Virus record (IMG/VR): IMGVR_UViG_3300031951_000032
DNA: 64,000 nucleotides
From: an uncultured virus (IMG/VR IMGVR_UViG_3300031951_000032)
Taxonomy: Duplodnaviria; Heunggongvirae; Uroviricota; Caudoviricetes
Strand: one strand, 5' to 3'
The notes beneath the pieces are model-generated. The model searched no databases. It was given only the letters and a program-made list of their open reading frames with translations, and had not been told where the DNA came from. Position 1 is the first letter of the stretch. Each line of letters begins with the position of its first letter. A program made the translations under genes and the position numbers. This document shows positions 8,828 to 19,467 of the stretch, in pieces.

Positions 8828-11296
8828 ATGGCAATTAGTAGAAGATTTAATGGTGGTATAATTGGTGTTAGAAATATTTCTACACCTATTTCTGCTGTGG
8901 GTATGTGGACAACTAATGAAATTCAATTAGCAAAAATATCCAATCTGTGGCCAGACCCACCTGTTGGTGTTCAAGTTTTCACGACAAGTTCATCGTGGGT
9001 GGCCCCAACGGGTGTGTCGGAAGTTGAATATCTTGTTGTTGGTGGTGGAGGTGGCGGTGGTTACGGTGGTGTTGGTGGTGGCGGCGGTGGCGCCGGTGGT
9101 GTTTTACAAGGCACCAATCTTTCTGTGACACCGGGACAAACTTATACAATTACAATTGGTGGAGGTGGCGCAACATCAGACTATAACGCTGAAGGTAAAA
9201 TAGGTTCAAACTCTTCATTAACTGCTGGTGCTCCATTTTCAAATGTAGTCGCTTTTGGTGGAGGCGGCGGACATCAATATGTTCCACCTGTTGTGATTGG
9301 TTCTTCTGGTGGTAATCAAGGCACAAACACTCAAATTATAACAGTAAATACACTCAGCCAAGGAAATCGTGGAGGTGGCGGACAACCCGGCACTGGCTAT
9401 TCGGGTGGTGGCGGCGGCGGTGCTGGTGGAAATGGATTTAATGGTGCTTCTGGAGTTGGTGGTAATGGTGGTGTAGGAATATTTTCTACGATTACTGGTT
9501 CAAATACAGCATATGCTGGAGGTGGTGCGGGTGGTGGTCCTGGACAATTTTCTGCACCTACTGCACCGGGCGCAAGGGGTGGTGCTGGTGGTGGTGGAAA
9601 TGGAGCGGTCAGTGACCCTGGTGACGGTACAGAAGGAGTAATCAACACTGGTGGTGGTGGTGGCGGACATCGTGGTGGTTCTGGTATTGGTGGAAGAGCA
9701 GGTGGCTCCGGCGTAGTCATTCTCAGATGGCGTTTCAACAATCCTGCCAATCAAATTTTCTTTTTTGCAAATACAGGTCAGTTTAGAGTTCCTGAAGGTG
9801 TAACAACAATTGATTATCTATTAGTGGGCGGTGGCGGCGGTGGTGGATCAAGCAGAGGCGGTGGTGGTGGTGCGGGTGGTTTATTGCAGGGCACCAATTT
9901 CCCTGTAAATGTAAACGACATATACACAATTACCATTGGTGCAGGCGGTGCAGGAGCATCTTCAAACGGCACAAGAGGTTCTAATGGTGGTAATTCTATT
10001 TTTAGCACCCTTGTTAGCATTGGCGGCGGTGGCGGTGGTGGAGATAATGGTGGTGCTGGTCAAAATTTTGGACTCTCCGGTGGTTCGGGTGGTGGTGGGT
10101 CTGGGACATTTGGTGTTCAATTAGGTGGTTTAGGAACTTTAGGTCAAGGAAATAATGGAGGCAGCAGTTTTGATGGGGGTTCACGTTCAGCGGGTGGCGG
10201 CGGTGGTGCGGGTGCTGTTGGCTCCAATGGGACTTCAAGTGTTTCTGGTGCTGGTGGAGTAGGAGCATTTTCAACAATTACTGGTTCAAACACAGCATAT
10301 GCTGGTGGTGGTGGAGGTGGTGCTGGAGATTCTCCGGGCACCGCCGGTAATGGTGGTACGGGTGGTGGTGGACAAGGAAGTGATGCAACAAGAAATGCAA
10401 CTGCTGGCGCAAACACAACAGGTGGTGGTGGCGGTGGTAAAGGAACAACTTATTTAAGCACAAATGCTGGCGGTGCGGGTGGCTCAGGTTTTGCAGTTAT
10501 CAAAGTTTCTGGTACACAAAACAAACTGGCAATTTTCTCAAACACTGCTGCATGGACTGCTCCAGAAGGCGTCATAAGTGTAGAATATTTAATTGTTGCT
10601 GGTGGTGGCGGTGGTGGTACCGTTGGTGGCGGCGGTGGCGGCGGTGGTGGGTATAGAACATCGTCCAGTTTGGCTGTGACTCCAAGACAAACATACACTG
10701 TTGTTGTTGGTGGCGGTGGTGGCGGTGCTATCTTCCCAATATTTCAAGGTTCAAACGGCTCAAATTCTGGAATTTATGGTACATCACCATTTCCTTCTGT
10801 TTGGTCTGAAGGTGGTGGCGGTGGGGGTGGCGGATTTTCTACACCACAGGGTGATGGTAGAAGTGGTGGTTCAGGTGGTGGTGGAGGATGTCCAGGCAGT
10901 GGTTATTCAAATGGCGGTGACGGAATAGGTGCGCCTGGTGTATCGGGGCAAGGCAACTCTGGTGGAACAGGTCGTCACAACCCAGGATTTTTTGCATACA
11001 CCGCTGGTGGTGGTGGTGCTGGTGGTTCTGGAGGAAGCGCACCAGTTAATTTTGGTGGCGTAGGAGCGTTTTCTTCAATTACAGGAGCAAACACTGGTTA
11101 TTCTGGTGGTGGAGGGGGCTCTGCTGCATCAGCCGGTGCCGGCACAGGTGGAAGTGGTGGAGGTGCCAATGGTGGACCTAATGGTAATGGTTTTTCCTCA
11201 AACAATTTCACTGGTGGAGGCGGTGGTGGTGGCTATTTCCCGAACTTTAACGGAGGTTCTGGTGGCTCTGGTATTGTTATTCTCAAATGGACATAA
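8828..11296 (+). CDS. Glycine-rich adhesin-like protein with 3 polyglycine domains
   Basis: 822 aa; same architecture as 6239-8824 (NGGIIG...GMWT...WP, three domains). Confidence 0.75.
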   Translation: MAISRRFNGGIIGVRNISTPISAVGMWTTNEIQLAKISNLWPDPPVGVQVFTTSSSWVAPTGVSEVEYLVVGGGGGGGYGGVGGGGGGAGGVLQGTNLSVTPGQTYTITIGGGGATSDYNAEGKIGSNSSLTAGAPFSNVVAFGGGGGHQYVPPVVIGSSGGNQGTNTQIITVNTLSQGNRGGGGQPGTGYSGGGGGGAGGNGFNGASGVGGNGGVGIFSTITGSNTAYAGGGAGGGPGQFSAPTAPGARGGAGGGGNGAVSDPGDGTEGVINTGGGGGGHRGGSGIGGRAGGSGVVILRWRFNNPANQIFFFANTGQFRVPEGVTTIDYLLVGGGGGGGSSRGGGGGAGGLLQGTNFPVNVNDIYTITIGAGGAGASSNGTRGSNGGNSIFSTLVSIGGGGGGGDNGGAGQNFGLSGGSGGGGSGTFGVQLGGLGTLGQGNNGGSSFDGGSRSAGGGGGAGAVGSNGTSSVSGAGGVGAFSTITGSNTAYAGGGGGGAGDSPGTAGNGGTGGGGQGSDATRNATAGANTTGGGGGGKGTTYLSTNAGGAGGSGFAVIKVSGTQNKLAIFSNTAAWTAPEGVISVEYLIVAGGGGGGTVGGGGGGGGGYRTSSSLAVTPRQTYTVVVGGGGGGAIFPIFQGSNGSNSGIYGTSPFPSVWSEGGGGGGGGFSTPQGDGRSGGSGGGGGCPGSGYSNGGDGIGAPGVSGQGNSGGTGRHNPGFFAYTAGGGGAGGSGGSAPVNFGGVGAFSSITGANTGYSGGGGGSAASAGAGTGGSGGGANGGPNGNGFSSNNFTGGGGGGGYFPNFNGGSGGSGIVILKWT

Positions 11297-11303
11297 ATAG
11301 ATT

Positions 11304-11311
11304 TATAAATA
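11304..11311 (+). promoter_or_regulatory. T4-type late promoter TATAAATA
   Basis: Exact gp55 consensus in the intergenic gap; a gp55 homologue is encoded in this window. Confidence 0.7.
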
Positions 11312-11347
11312 CAAAGTAACTTTTTAAACAAAGAGGGAGTTTTACAA

Positions 11348-11737
11348 ATGGCACATTTTGCACAACTTGATGATAACAATGTAGTAACACAGGTCATTGT
11401 TGTGTCTAACAATGAACTGCTTGACGCTGGTGGTCAAGAACGTGAAGAAATGGGTATTGGTTTTTGCCAAAGATTGTTCGGTGGCAATTGGAAGCAAACA
11501 TCATACAATCACAACTTCCGTAAGCGTTATGCAGGTATCGGTTATACATACAATGCAGAACTTGATGCATTCGTTCCACCTAAACCATTTGCTTCATGGG
11601 TGTTAAACACAGAAGAAGCAAATTGGGAAGCACCTGTACCACAGCCAGCAGACATGGGTATAGGTGAAGGTAAGAAAATGTATTCATGGGATGAAGAAAC
11701 AACTTCATGGAAAGAAGTTGAAGAGCAACCAGCATAA
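11348..11737 (+). CDS. Conserved hypothetical protein (MAHFA family), often adjacent to Gly-rich fibre genes; possible chaperone
   Basis: 129 aa; MAHFAQLDDNNVV...WKQTSYN..FRKRYAGIGY..D.F.PPKPFASW; SD GGGAG. Confidence 0.7.
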   Translation: MAHFAQLDDNNVVTQVIVVSNNELLDAGGQEREEMGIGFCQRLFGGNWKQTSYNHNFRKRYAGIGYTYNAELDAFVPPKPFASWVLNTEEANWEAPVPQPADMGIGEGKKMYSWDEETTSWKEVEEQPA

Positions 11738-11756
11738 CATTGTTTTTCATTTTTAA

Positions 11757-11788
11757 AATAAAAACCCCGCTTGTCGGGGTTTTTTATT
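11757..11788 (+). terminator. Rho-independent terminator (possibly bidirectional)
   Basis: AAAACCCCG-cttgt-CGGGGTTTT followed by T tract. Confidence 0.8.
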
Positions 11789-11832
11789 AGCGGTACAAGA
11801 TTGACTAAATACACGATTAGAAGGAGATAGTC

Positions 11833-12168
11833 TTGGCTGCTTACGTAGAAATTACCATTGAGCAAGGTGCAAACCTAACATCAACCGTCACAGTGAATGA
11901 TACACAAGGTGACTCTGTAAACCTTACAACATATTCTGCATCGGCACAATTACGCAAATCATATTATTCTTCATCAGCAAATACACTCACAGCAACAATT
12001 ACTGGTAATGCCAACGGTCAAATCACATTATCAATGACCGCTGCGAATACATCAAGTCTAACACCAGGTCGTTATGTTTATGATTTGATTATTAGAAACT
12101 CAGTTGACAATTCTGTGACCCGTGTAGTAGAAGGCACTGCTGTTGTTCTTCCATCCGTTACGAGGTAA
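11833..12168 (+). CDS. Conserved virion structural protein (Ig-like, TTG start)
   Basis: 111 aa; SD AAGGAG; IEQGA...AQLRKSY...G.ITLSMTA..T..L.PGRYVYD...RVVEG...P.VTR. Confidence 0.7.
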   Translation: MAAYVEITIEQGANLTSTVTVNDTQGDSVNLTTYSASAQLRKSYYSSSANTLTATITGNANGQITLSMTAANTSSLTPGRYVYDLIIRNSVDNSVTRVVEGTAVVLPSVTR

Positions 12169-12171
12169 GTC

Positions 12172-12393
12172 ATGCCAGATTTAGGTAAAGTCACGGTTTT
12201 TCAACCAAATAGAACAACGCTTGTATCACCAAATTATAAACCAAAACCAAACGTTACTTTAGCTGAGATAAACGATGTATCAACTGAGGATGTTCAAGAT
12301 GGTGACTCTTTAGTTTACAGTTCAGCCAATAATCGTTTTGAAATGAAAATTGCTACTACCGTTTTAGAAAAACTTGACGGTGGATTATTCTAA
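12172..12393 (+). CDS. Small virion protein ending LDGGLF
   Basis: 73 aa; L.EINDV...DGDSLVY fibre-type motif. Confidence 0.6.
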   Translation: MPDLGKVTVFQPNRTTLVSPNYKPKPNVTLAEINDVSTEDVQDGDSLVYSSANNRFEMKIATTVLEKLDGGLF

Positions 12394-12402
12394 GAATTAC
12401 AA

Positions 12403-15400
12403 ATGGCAAATACACCAATTCAAATAAAACGTTCGCTAACGTCGAACACACCAGCAACACTAAACATTGGCGAACCAGCGTATTCGTACAGCAGTAATAC
12501 ATTATTCATTGGTTCACCAGCAGAAACGGGTGCCATTCCTATTGGCGGCTACGATTCTTACATTCGTGGCATTTCTGCTTATGATAAATTAAACACCGCA
12601 CACAATCATGCAAATTCTGCTTATGTTCGTGCAAATAATGCACTGAATGCAAATGTTGGTGGCTTAATTACCGGTGATGTTGTCATTCAAGGTAATCTAA
12701 GTATCGTTGGTGGTTCGATTGGTGCCAATGTACCTGTTGTATTAATTGGTGATAATATCATTTCACTGAATACTGCAATCAGTCCGTCGGGTGAACCGAC
12801 AATGAATGCAGGTATTGAAATTGATCGTGGCGCACAACCAAATGTTTATTTGTTATGGAATGAAACAGATAACAAATGGCAGTTTACAAATGACGGTGTT
12901 ACATATGACGACTTCGGCGGTTCTGCTGCCTCTTCATATGCCAACTCTGCATTTGTAAAAGCAAACTCGGCATTTTTACACGCCAACTATTCGTTCAATC
13001 ATGCCAACTCAGGTTTTATTCAGGCAAACTCAGCATTCTTACACGCCAACTTTGCTTTTGCCAATGCAAATGCTGGTCTTGCGATGGCCAATGCGGCATA
13101 TATTCATGCCAACTCAGGATTCATTCAAGCCAACTCATCGTTCTTCCATGTAAATGCGGCATACTTACACGCAAATGCGGCATACACAAGTCAGAACACA
13201 AGTGGCATCAGAGCAAACTCGGCATTTGAACAAGCCAACGCAGCATTCTTTCATGCTAATTCGGCATTTCAGTTTCAGAATACATCAGGTAATTATGCGA
13301 ACAGTGGTTTCATTCAAGCCAACTCTGCATATCATCATGCTAATGCTGCCTTTGCAAATGCTAATGGTGCTTTTGCTGCCGCTAATGCTGCTTACATTCA
13401 AGCAAACTCGGCATTTATACAAACGAATGCAGCATTTATTCATGCAAACAGTGGTTTCATAAAAACAAATTCAGCGTTTGATCATGCGAACGCTGCCTTT
13501 GCAAATGCTAACGGTGCCTTTGCTAGAGCCAATGCCGCTTTTGCAAATGCCAATGGTGCGTTTGCTGCTGCTAATGCTGCATATATTCAAGCAAACTCAG
13601 GATTCATTCAGTCCAACGCCGCATTCAATCATGCAAATGCAGGATTTATTCGTGCAAACAATTCACTCAATGCAAACGTTGGTGGTCAAGTTACTGGTGA
13701 TGTTGTCATTGTTGGTAATCTTACATCAAATACTTTAACAACAACGGGTTCAAATGGTAGCATTACAGGTGCTAATGCTATCTTCTCAAATTATTTCTTT
13801 GGTGCAAACGGTACAGTAGACCTGTATGTCTACACATCATATGCTTTCGCAAATGCCAATGGTGCTTTTGCTAGAGCCAATGCTGCCTTTGCAAACGCTA
13901 ACGGTGCTTTTGCTGCTGCTAACGCCGCATACATTCAGGCTAACAGTGCATTTATAAAAACGAATGCCGCTTTTGATCACGCCAATGCGGCATACATCTC
14001 ACAGAATGCAACTGGTCAGTATGCTAATGCTGCATTCATTTGGGCAAATGCTGCGTACAATCAAGCAAATACTGACAAAGCAAACTTAGTTAATAGTGGC
14101 TTCACTGCTCAATTACATTCAAATGGTGCATTTGCTCTTCCCGGCACTTTAATATTCGGACCTTCCAAAGGAAGAATTACCAATCAGGGTGATGGAGTAT
14201 TATCAATAACAGCAAATGCACAAAGTGGTAATACTGGAATATATTTGGATAATGCTAGTCAAGCAGTGCTGTATGGTAAAACTAGCGTTCTTATTCAGAC
14301 GAATCAAGGTCTTTTTGATTCACCAACAAGAAGTTTCACGTTCACTCAAGATGGTACAATAACATTACCAGCATCACGTGGAGATATCGGTAGAAGTGGT
14401 TTCCCGAATGGTATTGATTTATATAACAATAACGGTGGCGCTGGTTATGTAAGAATGAATTTTGCCGACGAATCGGTTATGTGGGTTGATCCGGGTGGCG
14501 CACATATTCAAACCACTGGAACTACAAGCAATACATGGGACTTTGGTACAGATGGCCAGATAAGATTTCCGGATTCTACAAAACAATTCACAGCATTCAT
14601 TGGCTATGGTATTGATAATGTTGCAAGAGATACTTCAAACTCAGCATTCATTCGTGCTAACAATTCATTAGACGCAAATCTTGGTGGTACAGTTACCGCT
14701 AATGTTGTAATTGATGCTAATCTAACTACACAAAATGTATTTGTTGGTTCGTATATTGATCTAAACACATCATCTTCTGTACCACCAAGAAATGAAGGTC
14801 GTATTTTTTACGACAATGATCAAAAAACTTTAGCATACAACAACGAATCTGATAACACGATTCAACTTGGTCAAGAAACAGTAATTCGTGTATGGAACAA
14901 TTCTGGTACCACGATTGACAGAGGCAAAGTTGCCCGTATAGGTGGTGATGCATCAGCAAATGGCTTCCCTGCTGTTGCACTTGCTTCTGCTGACATTGCT
15001 GCAAATGCAGAAGTTGTTGGTGTTACTTCAACTGCAATTGCAAATAATGATTATGGTTATGTAACGATACATGGTAAAATCAGAGGACTTAACACTTCAT
15101 TATTGGCTGCTGGACAAGAGTTGTTCTTGTCAGATACGCCGGGTGAATATCAAACAACTCCTCCAGTGCCGCCAAGTATACCAATGGCAGTTGGTTATGT
15201 TACTCTGTCAGACGTAACAGACGGTTCAATTCTCGTCTATTCACATTTGATGGAAGGCAAGAATAAAACAAATGGTGCTATTCTGTTTGGTCGTAATGGT
15301 GCAATTGATCAAGACCCAACTAAACTGTATTGGGATTATGCCAACGACCGTTTAGGCATTGATACAGACAGCCCACAAGCAAACCTACACGTTGCTGGTG

Positions 15401-18195
15401 ATGGTTTGTTCACAGGTAATCTGACTATCACAGGCAATCTTGTAATTAGTAATGCTCAAACAATTACTACGGACCAATTGTTTGTTGGTGGTAACAATGT
15501 AATTCTGAGTGCCAATGTTACTGGTACACCAACACTCAATGCCGCAATCATTGTCAATCGTGGTTCATCACCAAACGCATATATTCTTTGGGATGAAACT
15601 GTTAATGAATGGTTAGCATATGAAGGATCGGGTGAACCCGGCCATATTATTCTTGCAAATAAAACTGCGAACAGTTGGGCAGTATATGACACGTTTGAAG
15701 CATACGAAAAAGAGTTTTATCCTATTGGTGCGAATCTTGCAAACAGTACAAATGAACACGCTAAAGCGGGATTTGCGACAGCGAACATTGCAGAGAACTT
15801 AGCAACTGCAAGTTTTAAACATGCAAACTCCGGATTCATTCAGGCAAACTCATCGTATGTTCATGCGAATGCGGCTTATCTATCGCAAAATGCAACTGGT
15901 CAATATGCCAATGCGGCATTTATACATGCGAACTCTGCATATCAGTCACAGAATGCTACAGGTCAATACGCTAATGCTGCGTTTACTGTAGCCAACGGCG
16001 CATTTATTCATACCAACTCCGCATTCGGTCATGCCAACGCAGCATATCAGTCACAGAATGCGACTGGTCAATATGCAAATGCGGCATTTATACATGCTAA
16101 CAGTGGTTACATTCATGTCAACTCAGCCTTTGATCATGCCAATGCTGCTTACGTAAGTCAAAACTCAACTGGTAATTATGCCAACGCTGCTTTTGCAAAT
16201 GCAAATGCTGGTCTTGCGATGGCCAATGCCGCTTTTGCCAATGCTAATGGTGCATTCGCTTCTGCTAATGCGGCGTTCAACACGGGCAATTCAGCATTTA
16301 TTCAGGCTAATGCATCGTTTGACCATGCCAATGCAGCCTTTGCGGCGGCAAACAATGTATTCCCGCAAGTACAGCCCGCATACGATACTGCCAACTCAGC
16401 ATTTATACATGCTAATGCATCGTTTGATAAAGCAAATACGGCCGATCAAAATGCACTATCTGCCGGATCATATGCTAACTCTGCGTTTGTACACGCCAAC
16501 GCTGCATTTGCTTCTGCAAACAATGTAGCACCACAGGTACAACCGGCGTTTAATACCGCCAATGCGGCATTCATTCAAGCCAATGCGTCATTTATCACAG
16601 CAAACAACGCTGATGCAAATGCTTCGTCTGCTGGTGTATACGCTAATGGTGCATACGCCCATGCGAATGCTGCGTTTGCTGCTGCTAATAATGTAGCACC
16701 GCAAGTTCAGCCGGCGTTTCATACCGCCAATGCAGCATTCATACAAGCCAATGCTGGCATACTTCATGCACAGTCAGCCTTTCATCACGCAAATGCTGGA
16801 TTTGATGCTGCTAACACTGCTGACGATAAAGCAGTAACGGCAAGTAACCGTGCAAATGCGGCATTTATCGTTGCGAATGCTACGACGATTCAAGCGAATG
16901 CTGGTTTTGATCATGCAAATTCTGGATTTGTGCAGGCAAACTCTGCATTCTTCCATGCAAATAGTGGATTCATTCAAGCGAATGCATCATACAATCAAGC
17001 GAATGCATCATTCATTGTAGCGAATGCAACTTCGTCACAGGCCAATGCAGCATTTGACCATGCGAATGCGGCGTTTGCTTCAGCAAATAATGTAGCACCA
17101 CAAGTACAACCAGCATTTAACACTGCAAATTCTGCGTTTATACAAGCAAATGCTGGTATTCTTCATGCACAGTCGGCGTTTAATCATGCCAACAGTGGTT
17201 TCATTCACGCCAATTCATCATATGTTCATGCGAATGCGGCATTCAATGCGGCGAATAATGCATCCGATCCTTGGGTTCGTGGTCAAGCAAATGCTGCCTT
17301 TATTCAAGCAAATGCTGCATTTGACAAAGCAAATACGGGTGCTAATGCTGAAGTCACAACATTTAACACAACATCAAATGGTGCTGTTTCTACTTACGCT
17401 TTAGGATTTACACCTGCATCTAACAGTGCGGTGATTGTTTCAATTGGTGGTATTGTTCAAACTGAACTTGTGGATTATATTGTAACTCGTTCAAATAATT
17501 CCATTTCATTTAATGAACCTCCACCTGCTGGTCAATCCATTCGTGTGGCAGGATTTAATAATGTAGTACCTTATTTCTTAGACATTGCGAATTCTGCTGG
17601 TGCTGTAGTATCAACATACAGTGCTGTTGGTGATGGTTCAACTCAAGCATTTAGTATTGGATTTAGACCGGAATCAAACAAAGCCATTTTTGTTTCTATT
17701 GGTGGTATTTTACAACCCGAAACTGCGTATACCGTAACTCCATCAACAAACACAGTTACATTTGTCACTGCGCCAGGTAATAATGAAAACATTCGAATTG
17801 TTGGCTTTGAAAAAATTAATCCTTATTATATTCAATATGTAAGTTCAAATGTCTCTGTATCTGTATTTGAAACAATATCAACTGGTACAACTGCTACATT
17901 TAACTTAGGATTTAATCCTCAGGCCCGTGAAACACTTATTGTAACAATTGACGGTATTGTCCAGTCTATAAATGATTATACTGTAAATACCGCTTTACAG
18001 ACAATTACATTAGATGAAATTCCTGCTAATGGTGAATTGGTGCGTGTTGCCACTATGTACACAACGGCAAACGCATTTGTTATTCCAGATGGCAGCATAA
18101 CTTCACAAAAATTGAGTACATCACTTAATACATCGATTCAGTCTGCGGCGACAACAGGTAAAGCAATTGCAATGTCAATTGTATTTGGTGGCTAA
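12403..18195 (+). CDS. Long tail fibre with Ala/Asn heptad coiled-coil stalk and several globular modules
   Basis: 1930 aa; N-terminal IQIKRS...GEPAYS..LFIG fibre motif; many ANxAF/Yxx heptads; two DN/NN.I.L...AGI/AAI..RG..W.E domains; three C-terminal GI.Q...Y repeats; ends TGKAIAMSIVFGG. Confidence 0.8.
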   Translation: MANTPIQIKRSLTSNTPATLNIGEPAYSYSSNTLFIGSPAETGAIPIGGYDSYIRGISAYDKLNTAHNHANSAYVRANNALNANVGGLITGDVVIQGNLSIVGGSIGANVPVVLIGDNIISLNTAISPSGEPTMNAGIEIDRGAQPNVYLLWNETDNKWQFTNDGVTYDDFGGSAASSYANSAFVKANSAFLHANYSFNHANSGFIQANSAFLHANFAFANANAGLAMANAAYIHANSGFIQANSSFFHVNAAYLHANAAYTSQNTSGIRANSAFEQANAAFFHANSAFQFQNTSGNYANSGFIQANSAYHHANAAFANANGAFAAANAAYIQANSAFIQTNAAFIHANSGFIKTNSAFDHANAAFANANGAFARANAAFANANGAFAAANAAYIQANSGFIQSNAAFNHANAGFIRANNSLNANVGGQVTGDVVIVGNLTSNTLTTTGSNGSITGANAIFSNYFFGANGTVDLYVYTSYAFANANGAFARANAAFANANGAFAAANAAYIQANSAFIKTNAAFDHANAAYISQNATGQYANAAFIWANAAYNQANTDKANLVNSGFTAQLHSNGAFALPGTLIFGPSKGRITNQGDGVLSITANAQSGNTGIYLDNASQAVLYGKTSVLIQTNQGLFDSPTRSFTFTQDGTITLPASRGDIGRSGFPNGIDLYNNNGGAGYVRMNFADESVMWVDPGGAHIQTTGTTSNTWDFGTDGQIRFPDSTKQFTAFIGYGIDNVARDTSNSAFIRANNSLDANLGGTVTANVVIDANLTTQNVFVGSYIDLNTSSSVPPRNEGRIFYDNDQKTLAYNNESDNTIQLGQETVIRVWNNSGTTIDRGKVARIGGDASANGFPAVALASADIAANAEVVGVTSTAIANNDYGYVTIHGKIRGLNTSLLAAGQELFLSDTPGEYQTTPPVPPSIPMAVGYVTLSDVTDGSILVYSHLMEGKNKTNGAILFGRNGAIDQDPTKLYWDYANDRLGIDTDSPQANLHVAGDGLFTGNLTITGNLVISNAQTITTDQLFVGGNNVILSANVTGTPTLNAAIIVNRGSSPNAYILWDETVNEWLAYEGSGEPGHIILANKTANSWAVYDTFEAYEKEFYPIGANLANSTNEHAKAGFATANIAENLATASFKHANSGFIQANSSYVHANAAYLSQNATGQYANAAFIHANSAYQSQNATGQYANAAFTVANGAFIHTNSAFGHANAAYQSQNATGQYANAAFIHANSGYIHVNSAFDHANAAYVSQNSTGNYANAAFANANAGLAMANAAFANANGAFASANAAFNTGNSAFIQANASFDHANAAFAAANNVFPQVQPAYDTANSAFIHANASFDKANTADQNALSAGSYANSAFVHANAAFASANNVAPQVQPAFNTANAAFIQANASFITANNADANASSAGVYANGAYAHANAAFAAANNVAPQVQPAFHTANAAFIQANAGILHAQSAFHHANAGFDAANTADDKAVTASNRANAAFIVANATTIQANAGFDHANSGFVQANSAFFHANSGFIQANASYNQANASFIVANATSSQANAAFDHANAAFASANNVAPQVQPAFNTANSAFIQANAGILHAQSAFNHANSGFIHANSSYVHANAAFNAANNASDPWVRGQANAAFIQANAAFDKANTGANAEVTTFNTTSNGAVSTYALGFTPASNSAVIVSIGGIVQTELVDYIVTRSNNSISFNEPPPAGQSIRVAGFNNVVPYFLDIANSAGAVVSTYSAVGDGSTQAFSIGFRPESNKAIFVSIGGILQPETAYTVTPSTNTVTFVTAPGNNENIRIVGFEKINPYYIQYVSSNVSVSVFETISTGTTATFNLGFNPQARETLIVTIDGIVQSINDYTVNTALQTITLDEIPANGELVRVATMYTTANAFVIPDGSITSQKLSTSLNTSIQSAATTGKAIAMSIVFGG

Positions 18196-18222
18196 CTCTA
18201 AATAAACAAAAAATGAAATAAA

Positions 18223-18756
18223 ATGACGCAAAGAATAAACACTAATAGATTTGCCAATACTTCGGTTACTGGAGCCAAAATAGCCGTTGGTACAATTACG
18301 GGTAATTTGGTTGCTAATAACACGATTGCTTCTGTAAAACTTGCTCCAGTAAATCGTTTATTGGAAAATGCTAATTTGATTTCAAGTTCAACAAGCGGTA
18401 ATGTAAATGTATCACTTGATGACAATTCAGTTTATTATGTAACCAGTAATGTTGCTGATAATGTTACTTTTAATATTCGGGTAAGTCCAGAAACTACTTT
18501 AAATAGTTTTATGGCAAACGGTCAATCAATTACTACAGCATTCATATTGACACAAGGCTCCACACAGTTCTTGGCCAATTTGGCAATTGATGGTGTTTAT
18601 CAATCAGGCAATACAAGATGGAGTGGTAACACTAGACCGACTTATGCAGCATCACTTACGAATCAACAATTAGATGTTTATACCTTCACATCAATTAAAA
18701 CAGGATCCAATGCGTTTTCAGTTTTAGGATCAAGAACATCATATGGATTTGGTTAA
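18223..18756 (+). CDS. Virion structural protein, paralog of 18761-19318
   Basis: 177 aa; N-terminal VTGAKIA repeats; LLENAN...GNVNV.L...VYY..N...NVTFN.R...GQ.IT.A.IL..G. Confidence 0.7.
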   Translation: MTQRINTNRFANTSVTGAKIAVGTITGNLVANNTIASVKLAPVNRLLENANLISSSTSGNVNVSLDDNSVYYVTSNVADNVTFNIRVSPETTLNSFMANGQSITTAFILTQGSTQFLANLAIDGVYQSGNTRWSGNTRPTYAASLTNQQLDVYTFTSIKTGSNAFSVLGSRTSYGFG

Positions 18757-18760
18757 TTAA

Positions 18761-19318
18761 ATGTCAGATCAAAAAGTAGAATCAGGTCGTATTGCAGATG
18801 GTGCAATTATTGGAAACAAAATTGCAGGTAATGCCGTTCGTGCAAACAATATTGTAGCAGGTCAAATTGCAGGCAACACTCTTGCTGCAAACCTTCACAT
18901 ATCTTTGAGTCAAGTTCTTGAATCTGCAAATGTATACTCCGTTGCTGTTGGTGGTAATGTAAACATTGATTTAGAAAACAATACTGTTTATTTCTTTTCT
19001 TCAAACACAACAGCAAATGTAACTTTTAATTTTAGAGCGAACACACAAAATACTCTTGATTCACAGTTGACTATTGGACAAACAATTACTGCGGCAATTT
19101 TATTGAAGCATGGTGCAACGAGATATCGTGCCAATGTTTATGTTGATGGTACTTTACAAAATCCTTGGTGGGCAGGAAATTCAGCTCCTGGTTTTTCTAC
19201 TACACAACAAGAATCCATTGACATATATTCATTTAATATTTTAAAAACGGCAGCAAATGTTTACACAGTATTAGCGGCAAATAGTAATTTTCAAAGAGCG
19301 TTAAATCAAAACCCCTAA
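18761..19318 (+). CDS. Virion structural protein, paralog of 18223-18756
   Basis: 185 aa; aligns by eye with the preceding ORF throughout. Confidence 0.7.
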   Translation: MSDQKVESGRIADGAIIGNKIAGNAVRANNIVAGQIAGNTLAANLHISLSQVLESANVYSVAVGGNVNIDLENNTVYFFSSNTTANVTFNFRANTQNTLDSQLTIGQTITAAILLKHGATRYRANVYVDGTLQNPWWAGNSAPGFSTTQQESIDIYSFNILKTAANVYTVLAANSNFQRALNQNP

Positions 19319-19326
19319 GGTGTAAA

Positions 19327-19467
19327 ATGATACAAAAAGTTGAAACTGGAATAATACAAGTTCGTGCAGTTACAGGCAATTTGATTGCAAATAACGCCGT
19401 TAGCGCAAACAACATCGTTTCACCACCCGACATTTTTGACGATGCGTTTTTATTCGGTGGAATGTAA
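19327..19467 (+). CDS. 46-aa mini protein missing from the ORF track (MIQKVETG...PPDIFDDAFLFGGM)
   Basis: SD-like TAAGGTG; fills the gap exactly; TAATG coupling to next gene; last 12 residues identical to those of 2344-2799. Confidence 0.75.
   Translation: MIQKVETGIIQVRAVTGNLIANNAVSANNIVSPPDIFDDAFLFGGM

Noticed and set aside
12930..17340. CRISPR-like or non-coding tandem array with 21-bp periodicity
   Set aside because: The periodicity is the heptad repeat of the fibre protein; there are no constant repeats with unique spacers and no cas genes.
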